A stretch of DNA of 64,000 nt from Caecitellus pseudoparvulus (Eukaryota > Protista > Bigyra: Bicosoecida): positions 248,001 through 312,000 of the forward strand of contig CBFFRQ010000030.1 in NCBI GenBank assembly GCA_965644315.1. Reading direction: 5' to 3'. The notes under the pieces are model-generated. The model was not told where the DNA came from and made no database searches. It saw nothing but the letters and a program-made list of their open reading frames with translations. Positions 23,098 through 38,000 of this stretch are shown here, piece by piece. The first letter of the stretch is position 1. Every line of letters starts with the position of its first letter. A program made the position numbers and the translations under genes.

Positions 23098-26000
23098 TCA
23101 GCGCTTGCTCTCGTGGGCCTCGATGGCAGGTGGGCTATCTCGACCAGCCAAACAGGGATCTGCGCCTGCTCCTCCCAGCACTTTGTCCACTTCGAAGCCG
23201 AGGACGTCAATGACGTCATCCACCGCCCGGCGTCGTCGGGACAGCACACACTTCGCGACTGCCGCGCGCTGTGCAGACACCTGCTCTGCGCGGCTGCCCC
23301 CAGTGTCTGCCTCGTGCACCAAGAAGGGTGCTGCTATCGAGATAATGGAGCTGGGGAGTGGTGACGCGCCAGTGAGCAAGGGACCGGGCGGTGCCCGTGG
23401 AGGTGTGGGGGCAGGCGCCTCGCCCCAGCCCCGAGTTTTAGCCGGCCGCTTGGGGAGGAGAAACGCCGTGCCCTTGGCTTTGCGCCTAATCCTGTGCGAC
23501 ACAGGAGCCTCTCCTCCCGGAGGCATGCTCTGTTGGCCGCCTGCTGTGCGGGAGCGCACTGACACGGCCGGCGTGCCTTTGTCGCCTTGCACACGTACGG
23601 CCGGGCTTGGTTTGCTGCTTTGCGCGCTGTTGGACGCACCCGACGGAAGCTTGCGGGCAGTTCTGAGGCAGTCATGCTGCAGGGTGTGCTCTTCTCCATC
23701 AGCATATCTGACAGTGTATACAGGGCGCCGCGCCCGCATTTCAACGGCCGTGACAGTGGCCTTGAACCAACTGCGGCCTCGTCCCTTGTACAGGGCTCTC
23801 ACGGTGTCGCCCAGGGAATACGTGGGCATGTCGGGAGTTGGCAGGGAAACCTCTTCAGACACAAACACCACATCATGGGATTCAGCAAGGGCGTCGAACC
23901 CAGCAGGGGTGCGCAAACTCTCCTCAGCCAAGGATGTCCCCAAGTCGCCATCTGAAAACCTCACCCTGAAGGAGTAGCGCCCAAACATGGGGCCTTCCAC
24001 TCGCTCAACTACCGCTGGCAGCCACTCTCCTCGGCGTGCGTGCAACGCATCCACTTGCTGACCAACTTGGAAGGCAGCGGGTGGAGGGTGCTGGCGCGCT
24101 TCGCAGGAGTCCTCCGTCACACCCGCCTCAGTAGCAGCGGCTTTCCACGCAAGAGGGAGCTTGCAGGCTTGCAGGAACTCTTGCAGCGCAGCCCTCCCAC
24201 GGGCACGTCGGTGAGGACGCGCCATGGGGTTGTACGCTGACAAGTACAGGCTGATGAAGCGCATGGAGGTTGCCTGCACAGACAGCTTGGGGTGCTTCAA
24301 GTGGCTGAGCTCGCCAGCAAGGGCTGCCAGAGCTCGCTGCACGAGCGGTGCCACAGCAGCAGACAAGAACCCCATCGTTCCTGCCGGCAAGTGCCCAGCT
24401 GCTGCAGCTGCAAGCAGGAACGATGCAGGCAGCCTGTGGGCTCGAAGCTGGGGCGGCGGCGGCATGTTGAAGGGTGCAGACAGGTGGCTGAACGTGTGCG
24501 GGGCCGACATGAAGTTACGCAGGGCCTCCTCGCTGCTGCACTGGAAAATGCGCCCCTTGTACAGTGCTGCCTGAGCGCGGAGGCCATGGCGCACCCCTGC
24601 AAAGCTGCTTCCTTCCAGCCATGCCCTGTGCAAGTCGACTGGGCAGAGGCCCCCCAGTGCCAGACATCGCTGTGCCTCGACGCTGCGAGCGAGGAGACGT
24701 GGGTCCGTGTCCTGCCTGCTCCGCAGCACCTCAGCCACGCCCCCCATCGCTGCCACATCGCTTTGTGCGATGCTTTCAGCGGAAGGCATGGCGTGGAGTG
24801 GGATGCGGATTGGGAGGTCCTTGACTGGAGGCGCAGCGTACCCTCTCAGGTACCTCACGGGGTCTGCGACGAAGCACGCAGCCGCCTCTGCACCTGCACA
24901 GACGAACACTTGTCCTTGGAACTCCACGGCACCAGCTTGAATGTTGGCAGAGCCCAGCCCGTTTACCAGCTTCCGGCTCGACAGCCAGCTGACTGGGCAG
25001 TACAGGCCCCATGCGCCCGATAACCTCTGCAGCAGTGCTTCATCAGGCAGGCCCACACGAAGCAAAGGTGCAGCCCTGCCAGTACACCGTGCATGCACAA
25101 GCTGACACCGTGCGCGCGCATCCAGAGCCAAGTCGTGAGAGACCAGCCGGGCTGTCGCAAGAGGTGCAGTGGAGTCATCATTTTCCACTCTCCGGGGGGG
25201 GCCGACTTGCCGAACAAGTGTGCGCACCAGGTCACCCTCCGCGGCCCTCCACGCCTTCAACGCTGCGACGTGACTGAGAACGCCGTTCTCTGGCTGCAGT
25301 GGAGCCATGGCGCCCCACGTTGCCACATCACGTGGCCCGTGCACCAAACTCCTGCCATCCGCAGCATAGAAAGGAGCCGCCCTGACAGCAGCTCGACGCA
25401 GCGCAGACTCAGGTGTGTGCTGCAGCAAAGGTCCCGGTCGCCCGCCATCCCGACCAGTGGGCACGTCCACAGGGAGGGGCAAGACTTGGCCTGTCCCAGT
25501 AGTGAATGCCCAGCTGCCCACTGCATCTGGGTGCCAACCCCGCCGGAGGCGCCGCGCAGCCAGCACAGGCGGCAGAGCGAGCTCCGAAAAGTCAGCAGCG
25601 ACGGCTGCTGCATCTAGGACTTCGGACTCGACTTCAGCTTCCTCCTCTTCATCAAACGCCTCCACCAGCGCCTCAGCAGCTTCTTGGCTGGCTTCACCTG
25701 CAGGGAAGAGCAGCGCTGCCTCGGCGGCGGCCTGCAGGAACTCTGTGCGCGGAAGCGGCCCTCCAGAGCCGGGAGCCCACAACCCACCAGCGCCACACCA
25801 GCCAATTTCAAAGTCAACAGGATCCTCCCCGGCGTCCGCATCATCAGGGACCGGGACCACCACTCCTCGGTGGCCTTCCTCTTCAAAGCCCTGCAAGGCG
25901 TCGGTGCCAGCTTCCTCGTCATCCTCCTCATCGTCTGCTGCGTCCCCAAAAGAAACCGACACTCGTGTCAGCGCCTGGAAGCGCTCAAGTGCTTCAGTCA

Positions 26001-29000
26001 ACTCCTCCCCACAGGCATCCCCAAGGACCTTCACGTTCCGTGCACGGCTCTGCTGCGTGTGGGCAGCACCAATGCCCAGGGCAGCACGCACTGCCTGCAC
26101 CGCAGCACGGCTGCGGACTCGGCCTTCCAAGCACTGAGAGGGAGCCCGGAGCAGTGTGGTGCAGCCAATGTTCACGCCACACACGTCATGCAGCATGTGC
26201 GCTTCTCGAGCAGTTCGTGGGAACCCATCCAGGATCCACCCACGGCGCAGGGTCGCAACAGATTTCAGGAACACGCCCACCGCTCGAGCAAGGAGGTGGG
26301 AATCCCGTAGCGCGTTCCCAAGGCCAGCGAAGCTTCCAGAGGCGGTGGAAGACAGCGCCACTTCCCCGCCCACCCACACAGAAGACCGCAAGACCCCTGC
26401 ACGGAGGGAAGGAGCGACAACATCCACATCGGTTGTGGGGAGCCAGCCACTGTGCAAAGCGCGGTGCAGAGCCGCTGCAACAGCTGCAACTGTGCCAGGG
26501 CCTGAGATGGCATCTGGGGCTGCCACGAAACTGGACGGTGGCCGGGCCAGCAGCCAAGAGAGGACTCGTTCTAGCGTGACATGCACAGCGCCAGTGCTCT
26601 CCGCAACGCCTGAGGCCACAGTTGTCTTGCCCACCGCCGGCGGGCCCAGCACCGCAGTTCGTGGCGTGGCCTCCCAAATGAGACCATCGGAGGGGGGTGA
26701 AGGCGGCAGCGCAGACAAGTACGCTTGTGGCGAGCGGGCAAACGCAACGGCGGCTGGAAGTGTCGAAAGGCAGTACAGCAAGCCATCCACCACCACGGGG
26801 GTCCATGCTGGGGCCCGCAAGGCACGACGGAGCCATCCACGAGCGGCGGCGGTGCCATCTCCTGCCTGTGCATCCCTGCAAGCGGCATGCAGTGGGATAG
26901 CTCCAAAGCCAAGGCCTGCAGAAGCTGCCAGAGGATTCACCAGGGCACCCTTCTTAGCAAGCTGGACTGGGCACAGGCAGCCAATGCGAGAGAGGGACAC
27001 TTGCCCAGCGTGGAGGAGCGCATCAGCCACCGCTGGAGTGACAATGCACGCCGAACTGAACAAATCCACAGCAGGCGTCAGCTCTGTGCACGCCACACGC
27101 TCCGTGAGAATGTCCTGTGCACATGCACGCCTGGAACTGGCGGTGGCAAGTGCAAGCTGTTGCCGTTGCCGCTCAGCTGCTGCAAGCAGCAACCCCTTCG
27201 CAGTCCTCGGCTGGGGAACAAATGACTGCACAGCGTTCTTCAGCCCTGCCGCAGTCAATGCGCATGAGGCATGCATCGGCACAGGGTGCAGCACCTGCAC
27301 GCCAAGCGCTTGAGCGGCCTTGCTCGTCTCGCTAATGCGGGAGCAGTCTTCTGTCACGGCGGCCTGCATGGCATCGAGCTCCTCAGCGACCGCCTCTTCA
27401 CGGCTCTCAATAACGTCCGCTTTGGAGAACTCAGCGACTTCTGCATCTTCCTCCAGGAGAGAGGGCCTGTGGTGAACAGTGCGACCCCTGGCTGCGCCTG
27501 TTGCCTCGATGGCGCTGCGGCGCTCAGCCAGCTGTGCCAGCGTTGCTTGCCTCACCGCGACTCGCTGCTGCTGTGCCTGGATGGTGCTGAGCACGTCGGG
27601 GGCAGGCTGCCACTGCATCTCTGACTCTACCCGCCCCTTGGCCACCCGAGCCAAGGCTCCCTCCTCCACAACGCCGCCGGGTCTGTCTGCCCCAGGCAAA
27701 GTCAGGGGGAGGATCAGTGTGGGAGCTGCCCCATGCGCCGCCACGCAGGCTTCCAGCACGTCGGGCTGCAAGGGGGGCACGTCCACCAGCATGGAGCCCG
27801 CAAGCTTTGAGCTGCTGCTTACCAAGCTAGCGCACTCCTTTAGAGTGTCTGCCAAGAGGCATGCAACGATGGATACAGCTGCATCTTGGTCAAGTTCAAG
27901 GGGCACAATGTCCTCCTCCTCTTCCTCCACTGCATCCTCTGCTTCTTCCTCTGCCTCCTCACTCAGTGCATCGTCGTCAGCGTCCTCGCCAGCAGCTGTC
28001 GCCAGGGCAGCGTTCACAGCTCGCTCCACTGCCCGTGGCTGTGGGTCAGGCAGTGTGAAGAGAGAGTCGACGTCAAAGTGGAATGGGAGCTTCGTACTGC
28101 TGCCCACCGCATCAATGAGGCCCTCTTCATATGCTTCCCTCTGCGTGAGCAGTGCCACATGTTCTGGGTGGCAGCGCAGCCAGGCGGACCAGCTCTCAGC
28201 ACCGCCCCACACACTCCGCAGAGCAGCTCGTACCACACGCCTTCGGGCAAAGAAAAGCGCACTCTGCTCTTGCCATTCCGGACTGCCAGAGGGAGCTGTC
28301 AAGCTTTGCTCGCCCCACAACGACAGTGCTCTGTGCATGAAGGGGACAGGCTGGAGCGCAGGCGAGAAGCTGCTGCACACTTGCTGCAGCAAGGGGTCCA
28401 CTGCGACTCCACTTGGCACGAGCGGCAATACAATGGGCTTCTGCGCCGAGGTGCTGTGGCTCGTGTGCACATCAAGCCATCGACGAGATCGAGCGTCCAC
28501 GGTAAGAAACGTTCGCCCCCGCAGTCGCGTTACGTTACCCCCTGCTCCATTGGCCGTTGCCGCAGCTGCAGCCGCGCCCATGGGAGTGTGCCCAGTGGGA
28601 GCACTGGCTTCACCGCCCAAAGCGACATCTTGAACAGGCACCAACAAGCCGGAGGTGGCTGCCGTCACTGGGCAGTACCTACCGTAGCTGCTCAAGGCAA
28701 GCACTTGACCCGCGTTGTCATCGGCTGCAACGTCGTCCAGGCCAGCCCCTGAGGATGCAGCCACTGCTCCGTGCACCAACCAGTCCATGCTGCCCTGCCA
28801 CACTTCAGCCCACCAAGCCTGGGGCTCTACTTGTGCAGCCAAGGGGTTCGCTGCCGCCTGGGCCATGGCTGACACTTCCTCATCAGAGTACCCAGCGCCT
28901 GCTGGAACCACGACCACTCGGACTCGTGCGCGGCGGAGTAGGTTCGCTACACGCTCAAGGGAGTCTTGAAGCGCTGCGATTTCCACAGAAGAGGGGGCCA

Positions 29001-32000
29001 TGACCGGGAGCTCGGCGCTGCCTCCGACGGCTGCTCGCCACCTTCGGGCAACCTCCGCATCCCACATGTCGCCTGCATCGCCCTCTACGCCTTCACCATC
29101 CTCCTCAACGCCACCGACCCCGCCAGCTGTGTCACCTTCAGACACCACTGCATCGACCAGCTGACAGATGCGGGAGGTGGCGGCACTGGGTGGCTGACTC
29201 ACCGGTAGACAGGCAGCCTCGGACAGCATGTTCGGTGAGGAGTCCGGTGTTCCTGACAAGCCTTCGAACAGACCAGCCCCAGTCCACTTGCGCGCTTCAT
29301 CTGCAGGCAGCGGCGGGAGTTCCGCTTCTCGCTCTTGCTTCATGCCACCAGGCGGGCGTGTGTGCTGCGTGGGGTCGAGCAGCACCACCACGTCAGGCAC
29401 AACGCCTCTGGACAGCAGCGCCCTCCAGACAGCTGGCACAAGGGGAACGTCTGCCAAGCACCAGCCCTGGGCTTTGAGGGCCCAGGCTGGCGCAGCAGTC
29501 CACCCCTCGGCCCCTTCGCCTTCTTCAGCCAGCTCTACTTCCCGCTCCGCTCGCTCGGCGGCAGCTGCAAACCAGCGCTCCTCTTCTTCGGCACGTCGCT
29601 GCAGCTTGGCAAGCTCTGCTTCAGTGTACGGTTCTTTGCCACCCTTTGCTTTCGTGGCTGCTTTGCGTCGCAGCTTGCGCTCGTCATTCAGTTTCGTCAC
29701 GCGCGTGTCCAGCACAGCCGCCTCCATGGCAGACAGCAGTGCGTGGACGTGCAGGTCCAGCGCTTTGGCTGCAGGATTGCCTGCTTTGGTCGCGCTCGCG
29801 CCAGACCTGGACAGCTCCTCCGCAGCCACGGCACCCAGCAACACGGCGGGCAAGGGCTTGCCTTGGGCCAGGACCCACGCCACACGGTGGCTCAAGCTTG
29901 CCGGCAGCTCTGGCAGTGCCTGCAAGTGCAGTGGGAGAACACGCCGAGCCTTCCTTGCTTTGGAGCGCGGGGAGAGCTCAAGGTCACGGTCGGAGCCGTT
30001 GCTCATGCTGCGCTCACGGGGAGAAGCAACGCTCTTGGGAGAAACAGAGCGAGCCCCTGAGCTGGCACCCTCTCGGGTTGGAGCTGTGGGCATGAGTGGG
30101 GCCACGAACACCCCTCCCTCGGTGTCCACGTGCTGCACACGTCGCCTGATGGCGTCAGGTAGGGATACCTCTCGAAGCGTCAGTGCACTGCACAGCTGCT
30201 GCACAGTTGAAGTGGTGGCAGTCCAGGCAGCGCCACCCACCGCCACCTTTAGGGTTTTAGCGGGCAGTTCGGGTCGCTGGAGCAAGAATGCGCGGGGAGT
30301 TCGCAAGAAGGCGTGCTTGGCCGCGGCGCTGGAGAAGAGGAAGACGAAGCCGTGGAAATGCGCAGAGAACTGCGGGAGCCCCCAGACAAGGGTCTTTCGC
30401 TCCAAGTAGGTCACAGGGCAGGCGAGTCCGAACGGTGACAGGCGGCGGTGCCCCTCCCGTGCAATGAGACGCAAGCCCCTGGACCGGCTGCGACTGGAGC
30501 GCACCCACCAGCGGTTCGCCACTGCATCGTGCTGGCTCGGGGGCAGCTTCCCAGCGGGGGATTCCAGCACCCAGGCACTCGCTTCGCCTGCTGCAGCCGA
30601 CATGCGCTCAGCAGCCTCCACGCCTTCGTACCATTCTGCCTCCCGCTCAGCGTCAAGTGGAGCGCTGACGTCCTCTGCCACAGCATCGTCGTCGCGGGTT
30701 TCCTCGAACACCAAGCCGTCCAGTCCAAGCGCGACGGCCTGGGACCACCACTCAAATCGGAGGCGGTGGGGGGCAGCCTCTACATCTTCGTCAGGCACGT
30801 CTCCCTCCTCGGCTTCATCTGGCATACCAACGCCAAGAATGCCCGTGGCCCTGGCGCCTGCAGCCACGCGCACCACCTCCAAGTCTTCCAGCCGGCTTGC
30901 CTCCACATCTTCAGCCTTTTCGTCGTCCTCACTCCCACCCAGGCCTGCGACGATGGTCACAGAGGAAGGGTCTTGGGGCGGTGTCAACAGGTGCGCGAGG
31001 GTGGAGGGGGGCGATCCGCCAGCCCCCGCAGCTGCACCAGGACCAGCGGCCGAGCTTGCTGATGGCAGCACGCCGGCCAGAAACGTACTGGCCACTCGGG
31101 GGATGGAGTTCACCACTGCAGTGGCCAGGGAGGACAGGCTTGCGACAAGCACACGCTGTCGAACACTGGCTACATGCGCAGCCAACTCAGGCAGCAGCTC
31201 TGCAGCGGTTGGCAGGGTGGGGCGCAGAACCGCCGCTGCGGCTTCCTGTGCAGCCTGCCGAAGAGAGGCAGCCTCTTGCGCTGTGGCGGTGGCGCCTTCG
31301 TCCTGGCCATCCTTCGCTTTGGCAGCGGCTTTGGCAGCGGCTTTGGCTGCAGCCGCAGCAGCCTTGCGCTCCGCCTTCAGCTCCTTCAGCATCCACTTGT
31401 CTCGCTTTGCTTCATCCTTGCCCACATCTGCGCTGGCTCGCGTCATAGTGGCGGCGTCCAGCCACCACTCCAGCGCCTCCCGCTCGCGCCGCATGCCAAT
31501 GGCCTCCCCCAGCCCCACCAACCACTTGGCCCAAGCTGCGCGGTCCATGAGCACCGCGTCATATGCGCGTGCGTTGGCAATGGGCACCCACTCGGGTGTG
31601 CTACGGCCGACCCACGTGCCTCCGACGATGGACAGCGCCTCTGCGTGGGGTGCTGTGGCGGGGGCGTACCCTTCGCGAGCGTCCAGGACAGCTTCGCGCT
31701 CCCGGTCGTAGCGGCGGGTGGGGGCTGTGCCATACAGCAGAAACGCCATGGCTTCATCACCAGGTGTGTTCATGGGGACAGTCTCTCCAGCTGGATGCCG
31801 GCGACTGAAGAACAGCTCCGTCATCCCGGTGCCGGGGCACAGCACCGCTCCATCAAGGTCTCCTGCCGCCGCGGTAGACGTGCTTGCTACGCCAGAGGTC
31901 CGGGGTGGAGCTGCGTTGCGCCAAGATGCCAGATCAGCCCACAGCCCTGCCGCAACCTGCGAGAAGTCCTCCCGCATCAGGGTCTCTGCCGGGGTGGTGG

Positions 32001-35000
32001 GCTTCATGCTTGCCTCCCACACTCCATCCCCCTCCCCCTCGGGGCCCTCTTCTTCCTCAAGTGTGGGGGGTGCTTCAGGTGCGAGTTCTTGGGGCAGCCG
32101 CAGGGGATGGGCTGCGGGCGGCGGCACCGCCATGCGAGAGTATGCAGGCAGCACACCTTCGCACAGCCCCAGCAGCGCCTGCACGAACACTTCGGCAGGT
32201 GTCTGCGTCGCGTCAATGGCGACGACCTGCTGCTGGCCAGCAAGCAGTGCCTCTGACTCCTGCATCCACTCCACACACTCCCAGCGAACGTTCTCCGGTG
32301 CGTCTTCGGGGCGCCGTACCAGCAGGGGGGGCAGTCGAGGTGGCAGCACCACGCTTTCTCCTTCTTGCATCACAGACCCCAGGGGAACCGCTGCTCCTCC
32401 AAGCACGGCCGCGATGCCTTGGCTGGGTCGGCGGACAGATCCGGCAACCATGCCCGCCTCTGGCGGCAGCACCTGGGCAAAGGCGCAGAAGAGAGTCTTC
32501 ACGAGTGCGTTGTCAGCTGCGGCACACGCCACCGCCGCGGCAGTGGCGCCGCCCCTCGCTTCGAATAAATCGAGGCCTGTACCGTCTTGTTCCTCCTCAG
32601 GCTCCTGTGCGGACGCCGCTGACAGGTAACTGCCCGGCAGAGGCGTGTCCTCAGGCCCTGGCAGGCCACCAAGCAGCTGCAAGAGGGCAGGAGATGGTGG
32701 TGTCCCGGCGGCGCGAGAGCCCATGCCACCAAGTGTCAGGCCGTGGGGGGCTCTCACATACACCGCAGCAACTCCAGACCGCACTGCGCCTCGTGGGCGG
32801 AAGGCTTTGAAGCCAAGCCTGGGCATCTCCCGCTCAGTCTTGCTGAGCTGCCGGGCCCGCATTCCAAAGAGCAGGCGGCGCAGAAGACCCCGCAAGCGGG
32901 TGATGGTGGGCCCGCCCGCGCTGCCGTTCAGCACAGCGAAGAGGCCACGAGACACTTCAGACACACGGGCCGCAGCGCCATCCTCCTCATCTGCCTCATC
33001 CCCCTCCGTGCCTTCGGCAGGAGCAGAGGGCAAGCCCCCAGCGGCGCTTTCAACCCTGTCTACCGTGAACACAGCCCCATGCAAATACAGTGCGTGGGAG
33101 CGGTTGAAGAGAGATGAGAGCTCAGCAGCAATGCTTTGCAGTGTCGCAAGAGTGCTCTCAGGCAACGCTTCCTCCAAATCTGGGTCGTCAGTGACATCCA
33201 AGAAGTCCTCCGGCAGGCCGAGCCATGCGAGCAACGATGGCGAGCCTACCTCACTCTCGCCCTCACCAGCGTCTTCATGGTCTGAGTCTGCGGGCATGGG
33301 GCCGCCGGCGGCTCCTGCCTTACCTTCATCTACAGGCGGACCCACATGCAAGGCCGCCTTCGCGGCAGTGCGCGCAGCTGCCCGCCCTTTTGCCACTCTC
33401 TGACTCATCCATCGCAGCACCATGCCAACAGAGACTTCTGTTGCAGCTGCTGGCGACTGCCCCAAGGGGGCGAATGCCAGGCCATGGCTGCGGAGGCCAT
33501 CCTCTGGCAGCTCCGCAAGGAGCTCTCCTGTGGTTGGGTCCCGCGGAGCAGGCGCGGAGCACACCGCCTGCAGGGCAAGGCGCTCCCGGACTGCATCCTC
33601 CGCCGCCAATGCGGCCGACTCGTCCTCCGCAAGGTCGTCCTGCCGCTCCGACGCCGGCCATGCAGCCCCCTGTACCACGTCCAGCTCATCGCTTGCCGTG
33701 GCTTTCAGCATGTTGGTGAGCAGGCGCTGCATGAGGGCGTCCACGGCAGCCCCCTCCGCCTCAGCGTCAGCGGTGGCCTCCACCTCTGGTGACTCTCCGC
33801 TCTCCGGGTCTTCAGACATGAAGGTGGACATGTACACATGCGCTGCTTCCGCCGCTGTGGAGGGCTCAGCCTCCCCGGTGCCTCGATCGGCGGCGCTCTC
33901 GTCGTACGCAGCGCTGGGGAGCATGCCAGCCTGATCAGCGGGTGAGAACTGCCTGCCCGACACCGGGTCCACCAGCAAACCCTTGCGCAGGCGCACAGCC
34001 TCCGGCTCGGGCAGCTGCAACAGCACGGTGCGCAGTGGTAGCACCTCATTTAACTCCCTGACCTGTGCCAGCTGAGGCCCCAGGTACACCTGGTTCGCAG
34101 CGGGCAGAGCGAAAGCATGCCCCCCGTCCAAGCTACCGTCCCCGGCAGCCTTCTCCCAAGGCCGCATAGGGGCACCAGGCCTCAAATCTAACACACCCAC
34201 GCCACTTTCAGAGCCTTCCTGGCCAAGGGAGAGGCCGCTTGGTGGGCGGCGTTGCCTTGGGCTCCCACTTGCGGTTGCCGAGGGCAGGGCCTTGAAGAAG
34301 TGCTTGGTCTTGTTGGCTTTCTCAGAAATGGTGACGCTCTTGCTTCCTCGGCTGCTTGCCCGGCTGTCCAACCCCCGGTCCCCGCCAAGGTCACCTTCCC
34401 CTGCCGCACCAACGCCAGCTTCAGCCGCCGCAGCTAGGGCTGCCGCACGTTCTTCGCTGGACAACGCAGCTGTGGCACTGATGCCGTGCTGAACAGCAGG
34501 GATGACCCCTGACATGGGGTCTGGTGATTCCTCCTCCTCTGGCTGACCGGGCAGGAGGGGCTGCATGTCGATGCCGTACCCTGGCACTGGCTCTGCTCCA
34601 CTTGCAACTGGGTCCATGCCCAGGCGAGGAGAAGGCCCAACAATGTTCACCAGGACATCGAGTGCTTCCTGCGTCGCGTCTCGGGCGACGTGGCGTGCCC
34701 GCAAGGCAATGTGGTGCTGCACGCCTTCCTTCACAGCCTGGGCCCACTCAAACAGTTGCACTCCTCGCGCGATGCCTGTGCTGAGAGCAGCTTTCAGAGC
34801 TTCCTGCTCGGCTGCCGTGCTGGGGAAGCCGTCCAGAACGTAGCCAGTGCCAGCGTCAGTCGCCTCCAGGATGGCGTCCCGCACCAGCGCCAAGACGATG
34901 GTGCTGGGGACGGTGTCTCCTCGGCGGAGGTGGGCATCGGCGAGCTGCCCGAGAATGCAGCGGGGGTCTTCCACAGCGGCATACTGAGGCCTGCGAGCAG

Positions 35001-38000
35001 CCAGGCGGGCAGACAGGGCACCGACACGGTGTCGAACCTGCAGCTCCTTGGTCCATGCCGCTTCATCCTCGGGCACTTCGCCTTCTATGTCAAACAAGTC
35101 GAAGCCACCCTCCTCGTCATCCTCGCCACCCTTTGAGCGGGCGGCCTTGGCTTTGGCCTTGCTCAGCTTCTTGCTCCTCGCATCGATGGCTTTGGCAAAC
35201 TTTCCCGCCAAGCGGTCCTCATTCGCAGCGACCTCACCCCACCACTCTGCTACGTCCGGATCCACTGGGAGCGTCTCTAGCTCGCTCGAGTAGGGCATGG
35301 GGATGACACCCGGCGTGCCAGATGGCTGCGGAAGCGTTGCGCTGGTGACGCGCTCGCCAGCCGCACGAGCTTCGGCCAGCTTGGCAACGGAAGGCACCAT
35401 GGCTTCACCCCGCAGCAGGGCTGCCTGAGTGCGTCGGAGGTCCAGAGGCCCTTTGCCGGGCATGTCCTCGCCAGCTGCAACCGCAGCCAGCTCAGACTGC
35501 CGCAAGTTCTGCCGAGCGACATCCTCTGCCGTCCATCCAGCAGGGAAGGCCACAGCCTCAGCAATGAGTACGGATGGCTCGATATACCGAGCGCCCAGTG
35601 CCAAGGCAAGCTTCTTGGCAGTGGCGGTCTTGCCACTCGCCGTCGGGCCCGTGACCCAGATGCGGGGCGGCACCTTTCGCCCATCGCCACCCTTGCCAGG
35701 CAGCAGGCTGGCTTCTCGGGCCTGGAAGAGGGCCTCCTCAGGCGATGCCGCATCTTTGTTCTCATTGATCAGCTCGGTTGTTGCCGCGCCCTGCACGTTG
35801 ACTGGCTTCCGTGGGCCGTCGGGTGGCGCACCGCCATGCACTATGTCACCCTGCACAGCCATGGAGTTGGTGAGGGAGCGCACACGTGCAGTCCTGTCTA
35901 CGTGCTCAGCGTCCCGGATCTCAGACAGCAGGCCTTCCTTGCCAGCGCCACGCATGAGCTGCGTCAAGCGGTGCGCGGCTGCAACGACACCTGGTGCAGC
36001 TCGCGAGGTGACTTGCAGTGGGGTAGCGTCATGCCCTACAGTCAACCGTACTTGGGTAGGCTTCCCACCTCCGCCTCCGCTTACACTCAGTGTAACTGCG
36101 TGGTCGGAGGAGGCAAGCCCGCGGTACACCGCGGCCCGCAAGGCTGGCGGGACTGCTTCGCCCGCAGTCGCGTCGCTGAGTGGGACTGCACGGACCGTGT
36201 CCATGACGGAAGGGCCGGCATCCCCCCGGAGAGGGATGAAGGTGCCTGACACACAAGTGCCATCCGCGAGGGTCACCGAGGGGTTGGCTGGTGTGTGCTG
36301 TCCCTTGCTGGATGAGCCGGGGTGAAAGTCGAGCCCTGCCACTCGAGCTAAAGTGCCCAGCACATCAGCGGACAGTGCCTCCTGCCCCACCGCACTCTTA
36401 TTGTTGGCCCAGGCAGGAATCTGCAGGGCCAGGCTGGACCACCTGCCGATTCGAGCCAAGTGGCGCACGCAGCTCGGCTGCACTGGCGTGTCTGCTGCCT
36501 GGTCTGTAGGCGCCCCTGCGCCGTCCTCCGAGATGGCAGGAGGCACACCATGCTCCAGGTGATCCCCGCCGCCAGTGCTGCTGCCTTCGCTGCCATCCTC
36601 GTCCTCTTCGTCCCCCTCCTCGATGCCCAAGCCCACTCCACCCCCTTGGTTCAAGCCCAAGGCCACCTTGGCGCCGGAGGCAGCAAAGCTCAGCGCCCCG
36701 GGCATGGGCGTGTTGCGCCGCATGTGGCTGCGTTCCCCGTCCCGTCGACTGGGGAACTTCTTAGTGAAGGAAGGTGACTGCCCGATGGAGGAAGCAGAGG
36801 AGGCAGGTTGGTCATGCGGGGCCTTGATGTGCAGGCCTTGCGTCGGCTGGGTGCTCGTGGCGGTGGCCAGCTGGGCCACTCTGGAGGTTGCAGTGGCGAG
36901 GAGGATGCCCTTCAAGCTGCGGTGTGTGCGGAGCAAGTCAGGGGCGCCAGAGCCGCCATCTTGTGCAGCTTTCTGCTCCGCCACCGTGGAGTGCAAGGGC
37001 TCAGTTAGCCCCATGGCCTCTGCCGAGGCCCGGGGTTGTGCGGCCGGAGACGGAGCTGTCGTCACCTCTGCGTACTCGGGCGACAGCGCAGCAACAGCAC
37101 CGCGGATGGGGGAGTTGCTCCGGGATGACTCCTTGGCTTGCAAGCCGGAGTACCAGAGTGGAAGGGCAGGCAGCACGTGCAGTGACGAGGCAGCCATGGC
37201 AGCAGATGCAGGCAGCACGGGGGACTGCGCATGCGTTGGCTGCAGGGACACAGCGGCACGATCCGCAGGCCCTGCAGCATCTGTACGCTCAGACTGCGAC
37301 AGTGCGAGGGAGCGCACTCCGGCCTTACGGCGGCCGTGCAGTTTGGGGGCTGCCTGGCCACTACGGGGACTGGAGGCACTTGCCTGGCGCACAGACGCCA
37401 GCACCATCTTGGCCTCGGTGCCGGCTTTGGGAGGCTGAGCGTGCGCCGGCTGAGCAGTCTCTGCAGCGATGGCTTCCACGACGCTCAGATGTGCGTGTAC
37501 CGGCTGCCTTGCACTGGCCGCCTCGAGGCTGGGCCGAGGGGCAGCCTGGCTTGGCTGCACTGCCAACGGCCCGACTGCTTCCAGTGCCTGCAGAGGCTTC
37601 AGCAAAATGTCAGCAGACAAAAGGGCCTCGCCGTACACTGCATGCAGCTGCAGCAGTTCTTGGTGGTCCAGTGGGAACGGCACCGACCGCACGGCGGCAC
37701 ACGACGAGCGTGGCAGTTGCAGGTGGCAGATGTGGGCGCGCAGGAGGTGCAGGAAAGCCGCGAGGTGCCCTGCCTCCAAGCTTGGGTTCCAGACGTCAGC
37801 AAGCTCGAACATGGCGTCCACGAACTGGGAGAATGAGAGGGGCTGGCTGGCGCCGCCTGCGTCATGCGCGGCGTCTTCCGCAGCCAGCCGCTGCACTTCG
37901 GCCTGAGATGCGCCTGGCAGCATCACTTTCACGACTCTCTGCAGGAACAGCTCGTAGGAGGCTGGCGGAACGAAGTCATCAGGGGTCTTGTCTAGCAGCT